A DNA stretch of 64,000 bases. Source: Alphaproteobacteria bacterium. GTDB taxonomy: Bacteria > Pseudomonadota > Alphaproteobacteria > SP197. The notes under the pieces were generated by a model. That model worked only from the letters and a program-made list of their open reading frames with translations. It had not been told where the DNA came from and searched no databases. This document shows, one piece after another, positions 12,738 through 23,090 of this stretch (position 1 is its first letter; every line of letters begins with the position of its first letter). The stretch lies in assembly GCA_965228895.1 (NCBI GenBank), contig OZ245842.1, forward strand, positions 4,768,001-4,832,000. The letters are read 5' to 3'. A program made the translations under genes and the position numbers.

Positions 12738-14554
12738 GCGTCTTCCCCCCGCTTGGCCGCATAGCCGCGTGGCGTATAGACGACCGGCCGGCCGGCATGT
12801 TTGAAACGCCGTGTCTGGCTGCTGCCGACCATGACGAGACTCATCATGTCGGCATCGTCGGATGTCAGCGCCGCCAACGTGGTCACGCGCATCGCCTCAC
12901 CGTCACGCCCGACATGACGCGCGATGATAACCGGCGTGTCGCCCGGCCGTGTCGTCAGCAAGATGTCTCGGGCGTCCGCCAGGTGCTGGCGGCGTTTCTT
13001 GGAGACCGGGTTATAGAACGCGACGACGAAGTCGCCGGCCGCCGCCGCCTTCAACCGTTTCTCAATGACCGCCCAGGGAGTCAATAGGTCAGAGAGCGAG
13101 ATCGCACAGAAATCGTGGCCGAGCGGTGCTCCGGCCCGCGATGCCGCGGCCTGAAGTGCTGAAATGCCAGGAATGACGGCAATGTCGATGACGCGCCACG
13201 CCGGATCACCTGCTTCGTCGACCAGCTCCCAGGTCAGGCTCGCCATGGCGTAAATGCCGGGGTCGCCGGAACACAACAACACGACCTGCTTACCCTCGCC
13301 CGCCAGATCGAGGGCGGCGCGGCAGCGCGCCTCCTCCTCGCCCAACGCGAAGTCATGGCGTCTTTTGCCGGCGCCGAGCGATCCCGCGAGGTCGAGGTAA
13401 TAGCCGTAACCCACGAGGTCGGTCGCCGCTGCGATCGCGCGGCTGGCTTCAGGGCTGCGCATGGCGCTGCCGCCTGGGCCGAGCCCAACCAGAACCAGGC
13501 TTCCGGATTGATGGGGAGCGACGTCCAAGATACCCGGCGAGCGCGCGACAGCGCAGGTCGCCCGTTTCGATTTGGTCTTGGCGACGATCAGCTCGCTGTC
13601 AGGGCCCGCCGCCGCCAGGGCTGCGCCTTCCGCGACACCGTGACAGCCGACCTCGTTAAAGACGACGTCCGACGGGTTCGCCAGGCGCGGCGCTTCGGCT
13701 TCCAATGTCGCGGCGTCATAGAGGGTCAACGGCACATCGAAGCTGTCGGCGGCGGCCAGCACTGCCGGTTCGCCACCTTTCAGATCGATCGAGGCGACGG
13801 TCGCGACCGCGTCCTCCTCCAGACCGTGGCGTGCGAGCACATCGTGAACCAGGCCAATCAGTTCAGCAGGCTCCGCGCCGCGCTCGGTGCCGACACCTAC
13901 GGTCAGCAAGCGCGGATGATAAACGAGCTCGTTGGGCGCCGGCCGGACACGACGGTGGGTCAGACGGATGGCATGACGGGCATCCTTGTTGGCGAAGGCG
14001 GTATCACCTTTCAGCAGCCACGAGGCATCGCCGGCCTCGACATGAAGCGCGACGGGATCACCGGCGAGCAAGGCCGCCGTTATCGGTTTGACCGCCTCCG
14101 GGTTCATGATGGTCCAGCCGTCCGGCGGCTGATCGAGCGCCAGACCCAATCTGAGATCGCCCGCCGTCGTCACGGCGGCGGGCGTACCAAGGGTATCGGC
14201 GCAGAGCTTTGCCAGCGTGTTGGCACCGTGGTGACCGCCCAACAGCGGAACAACGGCGCTACCGTCCTCGGCAACAGCCAACACCGGCGGCTCGCCACGC
14301 TTATCGGCGAGGAACGGCGAGACCGCACGAATCAAGATGCCGGAAGCGCACAGGCCAATCACCGGCACGCCGGCGACAAACAGGTCGCCGACATGCGCCA
14401 TGGTGTCGCCGAATACGATGTCGGCTGCACCAGCCCGTCCGTCGAGACCGTGCACACTTGATCCCGGCAGTACGGTTTGCAGACGGCGCGCGGTCTCAAG
14501 ACCGCCGGCGCTCAAACAAATGAGCGCCGTGCCTTCGGGCGGCTTCAGCGCCAT
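12734..14554 (-). CDS. cobJ: CbiG-CobJ fusion (precorrin-3B C17-methyltransferase with N-terminal CbiG domains)
   Basis: N-terminal PLLGGHHGAN and GVAEGAAL (CbiG); C-terminal VGLGPG, SGDPGIYAMA, HDFCAISLSDLLTPW, TPRGY. Confidence 0.94.
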   Translation of the reverse strand: MALKPPEGTALICLSAGGLETARRLQTVLPGSSVHGLDGRAGAADIVFGDTMAHVGDLFVAGVPVIGLCASGILIRAVSPFLADKRGEPPVLAVAEDGSAVVPLLGGHHGANTLAKLCADTLGTPAAVTTAGDLRLGLALDQPPDGWTIMNPEAVKPITAALLAGDPVALHVEAGDASWLLKGDTAFANKDARHAIRLTHRRVRPAPNELVYHPRLLTVGVGTERGAEPAELIGLVHDVLARHGLEEDAVATVASIDLKGGEPAVLAAADSFDVPLTLYDAATLEAEAPRLANPSDVVFNEVGCHGVAEGAALAAAGPDSELIVAKTKSKRATCAVARSPGILDVAPHQSGSLVLVGLGPGGSAMRSPEASRAIAAATDLVGYGYYLDLAGSLGAGKRRHDFALGEEEARCRAALDLAGEGKQVVLLCSGDPGIYAMASLTWELVDEAGDPAWRVIDIAVIPGISALQAAASRAGAPLGHDFCAISLSDLLTPWAVIEKRLKAAAAGDFVVAFYNPVSKKRRQHLADARDILLTTRPGDTPVIIARHVGRDGEAMRVTTLAALTSDDADMMSLVMVGSSQTRRFKHAGRPVVYTPRGYAAKRGEDA

Positions 14555-15252
14555 GCCTCACCTCGGCTGTGCACGAGCACCATGGAGAAGTAGGGCGCCT
14601 TGGCTTCGCCGAGATCAGCCAGCGGCAACGATTTCTGGTCGGCCATGGTGGCATGTTCGACATAGCGGGCGCGCTCGACCATGCCGAGACGCTCGATGAC
14701 GGCTTTGATCTTCGGCATGTGGCGGCCGACCTTGATGATGGCCGCCGCCTCGACGTCCTTCAGGCGACGCTCCAGCTCGTCCTCCGAGAGTATCCCCGGC
14801 AAGACCGTCAGCACATCGTCGCGCGCGGCAAGCGGTGCGCCGGCGACAGCCGGGCACGCGACCAGCGAAGAAACGCCGGGCACGACTTCGACGCGGTGGC
14901 TGTGGGCGAGGCGCCCGAAGAGGTACATGAAGGAGCCGTAGAAGAACGGGTCGCCTTCGCAGATAGCCGCGACGTCGCGCCCGGCGGACAAATGCTCCGC
15001 GATGTCCTCGGCCGCCTGGTCATAGACCGCCTCGACCGGAAACCGGTTGAGGTCGAGCGGCATGCGGATGGCGATCTCGGTCTGGCCGCCCGGCAGGTGA
15101 CTCTCGACGATGGCGCGCGCCAGGCTCGGTCCTTGTTCCGGTGCCGGATAGGCGACGACCGGCGCCGCCCGCAACAGGCGGTGGGCCTTCAAGGTAATGA
15201 GTTCGGGATCACCCGGCCCGACGCCCAGCCCCCACAGGGTTCCGGCACTCAT
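14545..15252 (-). CDS. cobI: Precorrin-2 C20-methyltransferase
   Basis: GLGVGPGDPELITLKA, EGDPFFYGSF, PYFS. Confidence 0.95.
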   Translation of the reverse strand: MSAGTLWGLGVGPGDPELITLKAHRLLRAAPVVAYPAPEQGPSLARAIVESHLPGGQTEIAIRMPLDLNRFPVEAVYDQAAEDIAEHLSAGRDVAAICEGDPFFYGSFMYLFGRLAHSHRVEVVPGVSSLVACPAVAGAPLAARDDVLTVLPGILSEDELERRLKDVEAAAIIKVGRHMPKIKAVIERLGMVERARYVEHATMADQKSLPLADLGEAKAPYFSMVLVHSRGEAWR

Positions 15253-16454
15253 GGTTTCACCAGGGCAAGCTGTGTCACCGGCATCAGAGGACGCCAGCCG
15301 TTATAGGGTCCGACCGGATCGGCCCGGCTGATCGCAAGGCGCGTCATCGAGCCACCGTGGTCGCGATGCCAGGCCATCAAGACGGTCTCGCCTTCCAACG
15401 TCACCGCGTTAGCAACCAGCCGGCCGCCAGGCGGCAGCGCGTTCCAGGCATGTTCCATCAGACCGTCGGTTGTCAACCCGCCGCCGACAAAGACGGCGTC
15501 CGGTTCATCGAGGTCGGCCAGGGCTTCCGGCGCCGAGCCAGCCACAACATGGAGCAGCGGTGTGCCGAGCAGAGCGGCGTTCTCGGCCATCATCGCCCGA
15601 CGTTCACCATCCCGCTCGACGGCAATCGCACGGGCGCCATCGGCGGCACGCATCCACTCGATGGCGATCGAGCCGCAACCGGCGCCGACATCCCACAAGA
15701 GCCCACCGGGCACGGGCCCGAGCATGGCAAGCGTTGCCGCGCGCACCTCCCGCTTGGTCATCTGGCCGTCATGGCGAAAGGCATCATCGGGCAGGCCCGG
15801 CACGCGCGGCAGAAGCGGCCGGCCCGCATCGGCAACAACTTCGACGGCGACGGTGTTGAGGTCGGGAACGGCATCTGACACACCCTGCTCGGCGGTCGTC
15901 GTGAGACAGGCCTCCTGCTCACCGCCCATATGCGACAACACCGTCATCGGGCTCGCACCGAAACCGGCCTCGGCCAGCAGCTCCGCGAGCGCCGCCGGTG
16001 TCGTACCATCCTCCGACAGGATCAGGAGCCGGTTGCCCGGCGTCAGATGGGCACGCACGAGATCGAGCGGGCGGCCGTGCACGGTCAAGAGCCGGCATTC
16101 CGCCAGCGGCCAGCCAAGCCGGGCGCAGGCCAGGCTGAACGCGCCGACGCCCGGCAGGCAGACGACCTCGTCATGGGCAAACCGGCGCATCAGCGTGACG
16201 CCGATGCCGTAAGCCATGGGGTCGCCGCTGGCGAGCACCGTGACACGCTTGCCTCGCAGGCTTTCCAATCGCGCCACCGTCGCCTTCAACGGGCTTTCCC
16301 AGGTGAGCTTTTCGGCCTTGTGGTCGGCAACCATGGCCAGATGCCGTTCGCCGCCGACCAGCACCTCCGCATCGTCAACCAGCGCGCGCGCCGGTGCGGC
16401 AAGCCCTGCCAGACCATCCTCGCCAATGCCCACGATGCGCAGCCAGGGTTTCAT
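15249..16454 (-). CDS. cobL: Precorrin-6Y C5,15-methyltransferase (CbiE-CbiT bifunctional)
   Basis: VGIGEDG, LASGDP, MTKREVRA, WDVGAGCGSI, NAVTLE. Confidence 0.95.
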   Translation of the reverse strand: MKPWLRIVGIGEDGLAGLAAPARALVDDAEVLVGGERHLAMVADHKAEKLTWESPLKATVARLESLRGKRVTVLASGDPMAYGIGVTLMRRFAHDEVVCLPGVGAFSLACARLGWPLAECRLLTVHGRPLDLVRAHLTPGNRLLILSEDGTTPAALAELLAEAGFGASPMTVLSHMGGEQEACLTTTAEQGVSDAVPDLNTVAVEVVADAGRPLLPRVPGLPDDAFRHDGQMTKREVRAATLAMLGPVPGGLLWDVGAGCGSIAIEWMRAADGARAIAVERDGERRAMMAENAALLGTPLLHVVAGSAPEALADLDEPDAVFVGGGLTTDGLMEHAWNALPPGGRLVANAVTLEGETVLMAWHRDHGGSMTRLAISRADPVGPYNGWRPLMPVTQLALVKP

Positions 16455-17086
16455 GGAATACCGCCCATCAGCGCGTTGACTCCGGCGGCCGCAAGCGCGC
16501 TGCCGCCGCGCCGGCCATGAACCGTGACATAGGGCAAGCCGCTTTCGGCCAGCGCCTGTTTCGATTCTGCCGCGCCGACGAAACCGACGGGCATGCCGAT
16601 GACAAGCGCCGGGCGCACCGCGATTTCATCGAGTTTTTCCAGCAGACGGAACAAGGCCGTCGGCGCGTTGCCGATGGCGACAACGGCGTTGTCGAGATGA
16701 TCGTCCCACAGGTCAACCGCCGCCGCCGAACGGGTCGTCCCCTGCGTTTTCGCCAGGTCAGGCACAGCCGGATCGTTCAAACGGCACAACACCGCGTTCC
16801 CCGCCGGCAGACGACTGGCAATGATGCCGCGCGCGACCATTTCCACGTCGCACAGGATGGCCGCGCCGGCCTGAAGTGCCTCGCAGCCCCGGGTGACGGC
16901 ACCGGATGACAACGCGAGGTCGTCGATCAGATCGGTCATGCCGCAGGCGTGGATCAGCCGCACGGCCAGCGGACGCGCGTCATTGTCCAGACGCGACAGG
17001 TCCGCCTCGCCCTCGATGATGCGGCGGGACTCCCGATAGATCGCATCGGGATCGCGCAGATAAGCCCCGGTTTCAGGCAGCGACAT
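16451..17086 (-). CDS. cobH: Precorrin-8X methylmutase
   Basis: AIYRES, RLIHACG, AIGNAPTAL, PVGFVGAAESK, GRRGGS. Confidence 0.96.
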   Translation of the reverse strand: MSLPETGAYLRDPDAIYRESRRIIEGEADLSRLDNDARPLAVRLIHACGMTDLIDDLALSSGAVTRGCEALQAGAAILCDVEMVARGIIASRLPAGNAVLCRLNDPAVPDLAKTQGTTRSAAAVDLWDDHLDNAVVAIGNAPTALFRLLEKLDEIAVRPALVIGMPVGFVGAAESKQALAESGLPYVTVHGRRGGSALAAAGVNALMGGIP

Positions 17087-18038
17087 GGCCGCCCTCCGCG
17101 AACAGCGCATCGACGTTGACGGCGATGCGCCCGGCCTTCGTGCCCGGCTCGCTCACCCCCAGGATCCACGCTTCCTCGGTTTCGACCGTCCGGCGTTCGG
17201 CGGTGGTCAGGTCATCCGCACCGGCAAAGAGAGCGCCAAGCTCTCCCGTGTCGTCGCGCGTTTTCAGATGGCCGACCATGGCCTGAACCTGCAGCGCATC
17301 CTTGACCGCATCGCCGATCGATTGCGGTGCGACAAGTGACGGATAGATTTCCGCCAAGACCACGTCGCAGTCGTGCAGGGCCGCCTTCGTCAGGGTCTTC
17401 AGGCCGGTGTCGAATGGCCAGATACGCGCCTTGAACCGCGTATCGTGACGCAGCGCCTTCACCACCGGCAGCCCCGTCAGGACCTGACTGCCGACCGAGC
17501 CCGTGTAGGCCAACTTCCAGACCGGCTGGGGGCCGGTGATGTAGCGTTCGCCGATACGCCGCTCGGCAAGCCGTCCGTGGCCATAGGCGTCGGGCCGCCG
17601 CGTTGTCAGCGTCTCGCGCGCCTGACCGGCGGGGCAACCCCAGAACGGACCGGGTCGACCGAGCCTTCGGTTGAGCCCCGCACCGACGTCGAAGCGGTTG
17701 TTGGTGTTATCGTCCGCGTCCTCGATCAGCCGGTCGACCTCATCCCAGGCCGCGCGCCAGGCCGGGCCGTTGAGACCGAGCGCGCGTGCGAATCCCTGGG
17801 GGTAGCCAAAGGGAAAGTCAAAGCCCGCGAGAACTTTCTGGCCGCCGTTTCGGCGCGCGGCAAGAAGCTCGGCGATCCGGTCGCGCGCCGCCGTCCGTGT
17901 CGCCGGGTTTTCCAGCGCCAACAGACGAAGGCCGTCGGGCTCGCGCGCGGCCAGGCAGATCCAGATCGAGTCCTTGCCCGTGCGTGGCGCGGCCGCCGCG
18001 CTCCAGTCGACCATCATATAGGCGTCGAACAGCGCCAT
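17073..18038 (-). CDS. Uncharacterised cob-associated protein, probable RNase H-like (DUF429-like) fold
   Basis: VDWSA, GFDFPFGYP, IWPF and EIYPS motifs; tightly coupled between cbiX and cobH. Confidence 0.7.
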   Translation of the reverse strand: MALFDAYMMVDWSAAAAPRTGKDSIWICLAAREPDGLRLLALENPATRTAARDRIAELLAARRNGGQKVLAGFDFPFGYPQGFARALGLNGPAWRAAWDEVDRLIEDADDNTNNRFDVGAGLNRRLGRPGPFWGCPAGQARETLTTRRPDAYGHGRLAERRIGERYITGPQPVWKLAYTGSVGSQVLTGLPVVKALRHDTRFKARIWPFDTGLKTLTKAALHDCDVVLAEIYPSLVAPQSIGDAVKDALQVQAMVGHLKTRDDTGELGALFAGADDLTTAERRTVETEEAWILGVSEPGTKAGRIAVNVDALFAEGGHVAA

Positions 18039-18045
18039 CGTTGAC

Positions 18046-19116
18046 TCAGCCCTTCAGGGTACGCGGGCCCAGCGGATGATCGGCGTGGGGATAGGGATGG
18101 TGGCCGTGATCATGGCTGTGGCCGTGGTCGTGACTGTGGTCGTGCCTGTGGTCGTGCCCATGATCGTGCCCATGATCGTGACCGTGATGATGGTGGTGAC
18201 CATGATCGTGGCCGTGCCCGCCGTTATCCGCCGGGCCGGTGCCGATGCCCTCGACGTGGTGGTGATGGCTTTCCTGGGCGAGGCCGACCTCGTCCTCGAA
18301 ACCCAGGACCTGCATGCGGTACTTGCAGGTCTGGCAGTTCATGTTGCCGGTGCCGCCCTCAATCTCCTCGATACGGTCCAGGAAGGTATCGACCACCAGC
18401 GGATGGTCGTTCAGGTAACCGGCCTTGACGAAGTCAACGTCGGGGAACTCCGCGGCGACGATATCGGTGTGGTCATAGATGCGGCGCACCAGAATGCCGG
18501 TGAAGAGGAAGTATGGGAAAACGACGATGCGTTTGTAGCCGAGCCGCACCGCATGGCGCAGGCCGGGCTGCACCAGCGGGAAGGTGACGCCGGAATAGGC
18601 GACCTCGCCCCAACCGAAACCCAGCCCCTCCCACAACATACGCCCGACCTTGGCGACGTTGGAGTTGGCGTCGGGATCCGACGCGCCGCGTCCGACGGTG
18701 ACCAGCAGGGTCTCGTCGAGCGGCACCTCGCCCTTGGCCTTGTTCGCCGCGTCGACGGCGGCCATGACGCGGTCGCCCGCGGCGCGCACCATGCGGGTAT
18801 CGATGCCGAGATCCCGGCCAAACTTGATCGTCAAACCGTCGTGCTGCGCCATATAGGTGTTCAGCACCGACGGCACGTCGTTCTTCACATGACCGGCGGC
18901 GAACAGCATGCCGGGCACGGCCAGGATGTTCCTGGCGCCACCGTCGCGCAGCTTGTCGAGCCCGTCACGGATGATCGGCGTCGCGAACTCCAGGAAACCG
19001 TGTTCAAGCGGCACGTCGACCCGTTCGCGCAGGCGTTCCGCGATAGCGGCGAACTCGGTGATGGCGCCTTCGTCGCGGCTGCCATGGCCGCACAGCATGA
19101 TGGCTGTCTCGCTCAT
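18046..19116 (-). CDS. cbiX: Long-form sirohydrochlorin chelatase CbiX with MxCxxC motif and His-rich tail
   Basis: GHGSR, AGHVKNDVP, GRGASDPDAN, PYFLFTG, MNCQTCKYR, long (GHDH)n tail. Confidence 0.92.
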   Translation of the reverse strand: MSETAIMLCGHGSRDEGAITEFAAIAERLRERVDVPLEHGFLEFATPIIRDGLDKLRDGGARNILAVPGMLFAAGHVKNDVPSVLNTYMAQHDGLTIKFGRDLGIDTRMVRAAGDRVMAAVDAANKAKGEVPLDETLLVTVGRGASDPDANSNVAKVGRMLWEGLGFGWGEVAYSGVTFPLVQPGLRHAVRLGYKRIVVFPYFLFTGILVRRIYDHTDIVAAEFPDVDFVKAGYLNDHPLVVDTFLDRIEEIEGGTGNMNCQTCKYRMQVLGFEDEVGLAQESHHHHVEGIGTGPADNGGHGHDHGHHHHHGHDHGHDHGHDHRHDHSHDHGHSHDHGHHPYPHADHPLGPRTLKG

Positions 19117-19190
19117 GATCGTGTCCTTTCCCCCATTGGACGTGGGTTGTTTCGATTGACGCCCGGGACCCATCGTCCCATGTACGCGCC

Positions 19191-20156
19191 ATGTTTTTCG
19201 ATCTCGCCGCGCCGTCGGTCCTGGCGGCGGCTCTTCTTCTGGATGCGCTGATCGGCGATCCGCGCTGGCTGTGGGGACGGGTGCCCCATCCGGTCGCGCT
19301 TTTGGGCGGTCTGATCGACTGGCTCGACCGTCGCCTCAACCGCCGCGACGCCGCGACCCGGCATCTGCGCGGCGTCTTCGTGCTGATCCTGGTCACCGCA
19401 CTCGCGGCCTTCTTCGGCTGGGTGATCGTGGCGATCACCGACCTCATCCCGTTCGGCTGGCTGATCGAGGCCTTTTGCGCCTCCGTCCTGATCGCTCAAC
19501 GCGACCTCTACGTTCACGTACGGCGCGTTGCGCAGGGCCTGCGCGACGAGGGCTTGGCGGGCGGACGCGCCGCTGTCGCGCATATCGTCGGACGCGATCC
19601 CAAGGCGCTGGACGATCACGGCGTCGGGCGCGCCACGATCGAATCCTGCGCCGAGAACTTCGCCGATGGCGTGGTCGCGCCGGTCTTCTGGTTCCTGCTC
19701 CTCGGCCTGCCCGGCATGGCGGCCTATAAGGCCGTCAACACGCTGGACAGCATGCTGGGCCATAGAAGCGAATCCCATCGTGCATTCGGCGCAGCGTCGG
19801 CCCGCTTCGACGATCTGGTTAACTGGGTCCCGGCGCGGATTTCGGCCCTGATCGTCGTTTTCGGCGCCTGCTTCATGACCGGCAGCCGGCCGGGCGAGGG
19901 TTTGAAAGCCGCCTTCCGCGATGCGCCGCAGCACAATTCGCCGAACGCCGGCTGGCCGGAGGCCGCCTTTGCCGGCTCGCTGGGCATCGCCATTGCGGGG
20001 CCCCGCCAGTACGGACACGAGACCGTCGACGGCGCCTGGATGGGCGATGGCCGCACGGAGGTCACCGCCGAAGATATCGACCGTTCGCTCAAGCTTTACG
20101 TGAATGCGTGCATCATTCATGGGCTGATCGCCGTCACCTTGCTGACCTGGCTTTGA
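19191..20156 (+). CDS. cobD: Adenosylcobinamide-phosphate synthase (CobD/CbiB)
   Basis: [44 protein letters not shown]. Confidence 0.95.
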   Translation: MFFDLAAPSVLAAALLLDALIGDPRWLWGRVPHPVALLGGLIDWLDRRLNRRDAATRHLRGVFVLILVTALAAFFGWVIVAITDLIPFGWLIEAFCASVLIAQRDLYVHVRRVAQGLRDEGLAGGRAAVAHIVGRDPKALDDHGVGRATIESCAENFADGVVAPVFWFLLLGLPGMAAYKAVNTLDSMLGHRSESHRAFGAASARFDDLVNWVPARISALIVVFGACFMTGSRPGEGLKAAFRDAPQHNSPNAGWPEAAFAGSLGIAIAGPRQYGHETVDGAWMGDGRTEVTAEDIDRSLKLYVNACIIHGLIAVTLLTWL

Positions 20157-21628
20157 TCGCCATTGGCGATCGCGATAAGGCGGTCCAGGTCAAGCGCCTG
20201 CTCCATACCGTCAGCGACCCGGTCCAGCGCGTCGTCGACCTCGGCCTCGAAGGCAAGACCCGACGTCGCGCGCTTCCGGATGCGCTGCAGAAATCGGTGA
20301 CGAAAGCCGTCGGCGGCAAACAGACCGTGCACGTAACAACCCATGACGCGGCCCGACGGCGCAATGGCGCCATCAGACCGACCGTCGATCTCGATCATGG
20401 GCCGGCTGATCCCAGCACCCGACGTCTCGCCGATATGCATCTCGTAGCCGGTGAAGACCTCGCCGGTCGCGACATCCCGTGCGGCGACTTCGGTCAACCG
20501 CTTGTCGCCGGCCAACACCGTCTCGACATCGAGCAGACCGAGACCCGCCTCCGTGCCTGTCGCACCTTCGATACCGTCGGGGTCGGCAACCGTGTGGCCA
20601 AGCATCTGGTAGCCGGCGCAGACACCGAGCACCCAGCCGCCGCGCCGGATGTGGGCGGCAAGGTCGATATCCCAGCCCTGCGCCTTCAGGTCGCGCAGAT
20701 CGCCGACCGTCGCTTTCGACCCCGGCAGGATGATCAGATCCGCGTCGCCCGGAAGCGGCTGGCCCGGTTCGACCACGGTGACGGCAACATCGGGCTCGGC
20801 GAGCAGCGGGTCGAGGTCATCGAAGTTGGCGATGCGGGCGAGCCGGGGCACCGCGATGCGGATGGCATCACCGGGCGCGTCCTCCGAGGCGAAGCTGTCG
20901 AGCGCGACCGCGTCCTCCGCCGGCAGGCGCTTGGCATCGGCCAAGTGCGGCACGATGCCCAGGCATTCCAAACCGGTGCGCGCCACAATGATGGCCAGCG
21001 CGTCGTCGAAGAGCGCGGGATCCCCGCGAAACTTGTTGATGATGTAGGCACGAATGCGCGCGCGTTCGTCCGGTTCCAGGAGCGCCATGGTGCCGACGAG
21101 GCTGGCGATCACGCCGCCCCGGTCGATATCGCCGACCAGGACGACCGGCACATCGACCGCTTCGGCAAAACCCATGTTGGCGATGTCGCCGCGGCGCAGG
21201 TTGACTTCCGCCGGGCTGCCTGCGCCTTCCACCAGAACCAGATCGGCATCGGCGCCGAGACGCTCGAAACTCTCGATAACACGCGGCAGAAGCTGCGGCT
21301 TCAGCGTGTGATAGTCGCGCGCCTGGGCCTCACCAAAGACACGGCCTTGAACGACAACCTGGGCGCCGCGCTCCGACTGGGGTTTCAACAGCACGGGGTT
21401 CATGTCGACCGACGGCGCGATCCCGGCCGCGCGCGCCTGCAGCATCTGGGCCCGGCCGATCTCGCCGCCATCGGCGGTGACGCCCGCGTTGTTCGACATG
21501 TTCTGCGGCTTGAACGGCCGTACCTTCAGGCCACGGCGTGTGTAGGCGCGCGCCAAACCGGCAACCAGCAGCGACTTGCCGACATCCGATCCGGTGCCCT
21601 GCAGCATGACGGCGGGCGGACGCGTCAC
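20117..21628 (-). CDS. cobQ: Cobyric acid synthase
   Basis: [51 protein letters not shown]. Confidence 0.97.
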   Translation of the reverse strand: MTRPPAVMLQGTGSDVGKSLLVAGLARAYTRRGLKVRPFKPQNMSNNAGVTADGGEIGRAQMLQARAAGIAPSVDMNPVLLKPQSERGAQVVVQGRVFGEAQARDYHTLKPQLLPRVIESFERLGADADLVLVEGAGSPAEVNLRRGDIANMGFAEAVDVPVVLVGDIDRGGVIASLVGTMALLEPDERARIRAYIINKFRGDPALFDDALAIIVARTGLECLGIVPHLADAKRLPAEDAVALDSFASEDAPGDAIRIAVPRLARIANFDDLDPLLAEPDVAVTVVEPGQPLPGDADLIILPGSKATVGDLRDLKAQGWDIDLAAHIRRGGWVLGVCAGYQMLGHTVADPDGIEGATGTEAGLGLLDVETVLAGDKRLTEVAARDVATGEVFTGYEMHIGETSGAGISRPMIEIDGRSDGAIAPSGRVMGCYVHGLFAADGFRHRFLQRIRKRATSGLAFEAEVDDALDRVADGMEQALDLDRLIAIANGDQSQVSKVTAISP

Positions 21629-21634
21629 GCCGTG

Positions 21635-22336
21635 CTACTCCTCATCGACGCCGGTGAGCGCGGCGCGCAGACCGTCAGCGCCGTCGTTCGACACGGTGCC
21701 GGCCTGAACGATCTCGCGCGTTGTCGCGGCCTCGCCATAGTAGAGCTGGTTGGTGTCCTCATCGGGGATCAGGATCGCGCCCTCGACGGCGACGCCGGCA
21801 AACAGTCCCTGGCCGGTGCCGTAGGCATAGATGTCCTGGTCGAAGTCGGTGCTGGTCGTCGCCGCCTTGGCGTTGATGCCGACCGGCCCGGCCGCGACGG
21901 AAGCATCACCGCCAATCTCGATCTTATCGGCCAGCATCGCCTCCATACCTTCGTCGGTCATGATGACCAGCACGATCTGGCTGACCGATGCGCCGATCTG
22001 TAAGCCGACGCTACCCGACGCCATGGTCATGAACGCCGGATAACTCCATGCGCCGGTGTTCAGATCATGAGCCAGCAAGACGGCCTCACCGGCTTCGCCG
22101 CCGATGATCAGACCGGCTTTGTAGAGCGCCGGCACGACGACGACGCCGCGAGCGCGGGTCAAAAGGCCGCGCAGGTTCTCGAAATCCGGGTCGGCGACCA
22201 GTTGTTCGACTGTGGCCTGGGCTTCGCCGACCAGATTCTGCGGCGTATCGGCATGAGCCGGGGCAGCGGCGGCATAAGCCGCCACCACCACCAAACCCAT
22301 CATCCAGCGCCGCAGAACGGACATCGTCGTTCTCAC
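21635..22336 (-). CDS. Exported Ysc84/SYLF (DUF500) lipid-binding protein, copy 1
   Basis: Signal-like N-terminus, KAGLIIGG, GSVGLQIGA, SVAAGPVG, GLFAGV, N..YYG. Confidence 0.85.
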   Translation of the reverse strand: MRTTMSVLRRWMMGLVVVAAYAAAAPAHADTPQNLVGEAQATVEQLVADPDFENLRGLLTRARGVVVVPALYKAGLIIGGEAGEAVLLAHDLNTGAWSYPAFMTMASGSVGLQIGASVSQIVLVIMTDEGMEAMLADKIEIGGDASVAAGPVGINAKAATTSTDFDQDIYAYGTGQGLFAGVAVEGAILIPDEDTNQLYYGEAATTREIVQAGTVSNDGADGLRAALTGVDEE

Positions 22337-22342
22337 TTTCGA

Positions 22343-23011
22343 TCAGAAGCCGGACAGGCGTGCGCGCAAGGGGTTCGAACCGGCATTGTCGACGACGCGG
22401 TTGATCATGATGTCGCGCAGCGAGACAGAACGGCCGTAGTATTCGGCGTTGCGCGTGTTGTCCGGTTCGATCACCGCACCCTCCAACGAGGCCCCAACAA
22501 AAAGGCCCTGCGCCTTGGTGTAGGAATAAACGTCGGCTCCGATATCGGTCGTCGTCTGCGCCGCGACACCCGCGCCAATCGGGCCGGCCGCCACGGAGGC
22601 TTCACCGCCAAGCGTGACCTTGTTGGAGAGGATCGCGTCCAGGCCGCCTTCGGTCATGACCATCAGCACGACCTTCGAGACCTGGGCGCCAATCTGGAGG
22701 CCGACGCTGCCCGCGCCGATCTGGAGGAATCCGACCGGGCTCCAGCTGCCGTCCTCGCCGCGCACCAGCATCACGGCGTTGCCGAACTGGCCGCCGATGA
22801 TGAAACCGGCCTTGAACATGTCCGGCACGATGACGATCGCCTTGGCGCGGTCGACAAGCGTGTTGAGGTTCTTGAAGTTGGGATCGGCGCTCATGTTGTT
22901 GAAGGTGACGAGCGCAGAATCGACGATGTTCTGTGGCGATTCCGCGGCTTGCGGCGATGTCGCCGGGATCGCAAGAGCAAGCACAAAGATGGCTGCGATC
23001 AGATGTTTCAT
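22343..23011 (-). CDS. Exported Ysc84/SYLF (DUF500) lipid-binding protein, copy 2
   Basis: Signal peptide MKHLIAAIFVLALA; KAGFIIGG, GSVGLQIGAQ, GLFVGASLEG; paralog of the adjacent gene. Confidence 0.87.
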   Translation of the reverse strand: MKHLIAAIFVLALAIPATSPQAAESPQNIVDSALVTFNNMSADPNFKNLNTLVDRAKAIVIVPDMFKAGFIIGGQFGNAVMLVRGEDGSWSPVGFLQIGAGSVGLQIGAQVSKVVLMVMTEGGLDAILSNKVTLGGEASVAAGPIGAGVAAQTTTDIGADVYSYTKAQGLFVGASLEGAVIEPDNTRNAEYYGRSVSLRDIMINRVVDNAGSNPLRARLSGF

Positions 23012-23090
23012 GGCTGCGGTTTCCTTTCCAGGTATTCCTGAACGGGTGGAAGGATGGTGGTGCGCCTCTTTTTTGATTTCGTTTCTTTGA

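Noticed and set aside
18070-18280. Short tandem repeats resembling a DNA repeat array
   Set aside because: They encode the His-rich tail of CbiX; not CRISPR, as there is no repeat-spacer periodicity and no cas genes.
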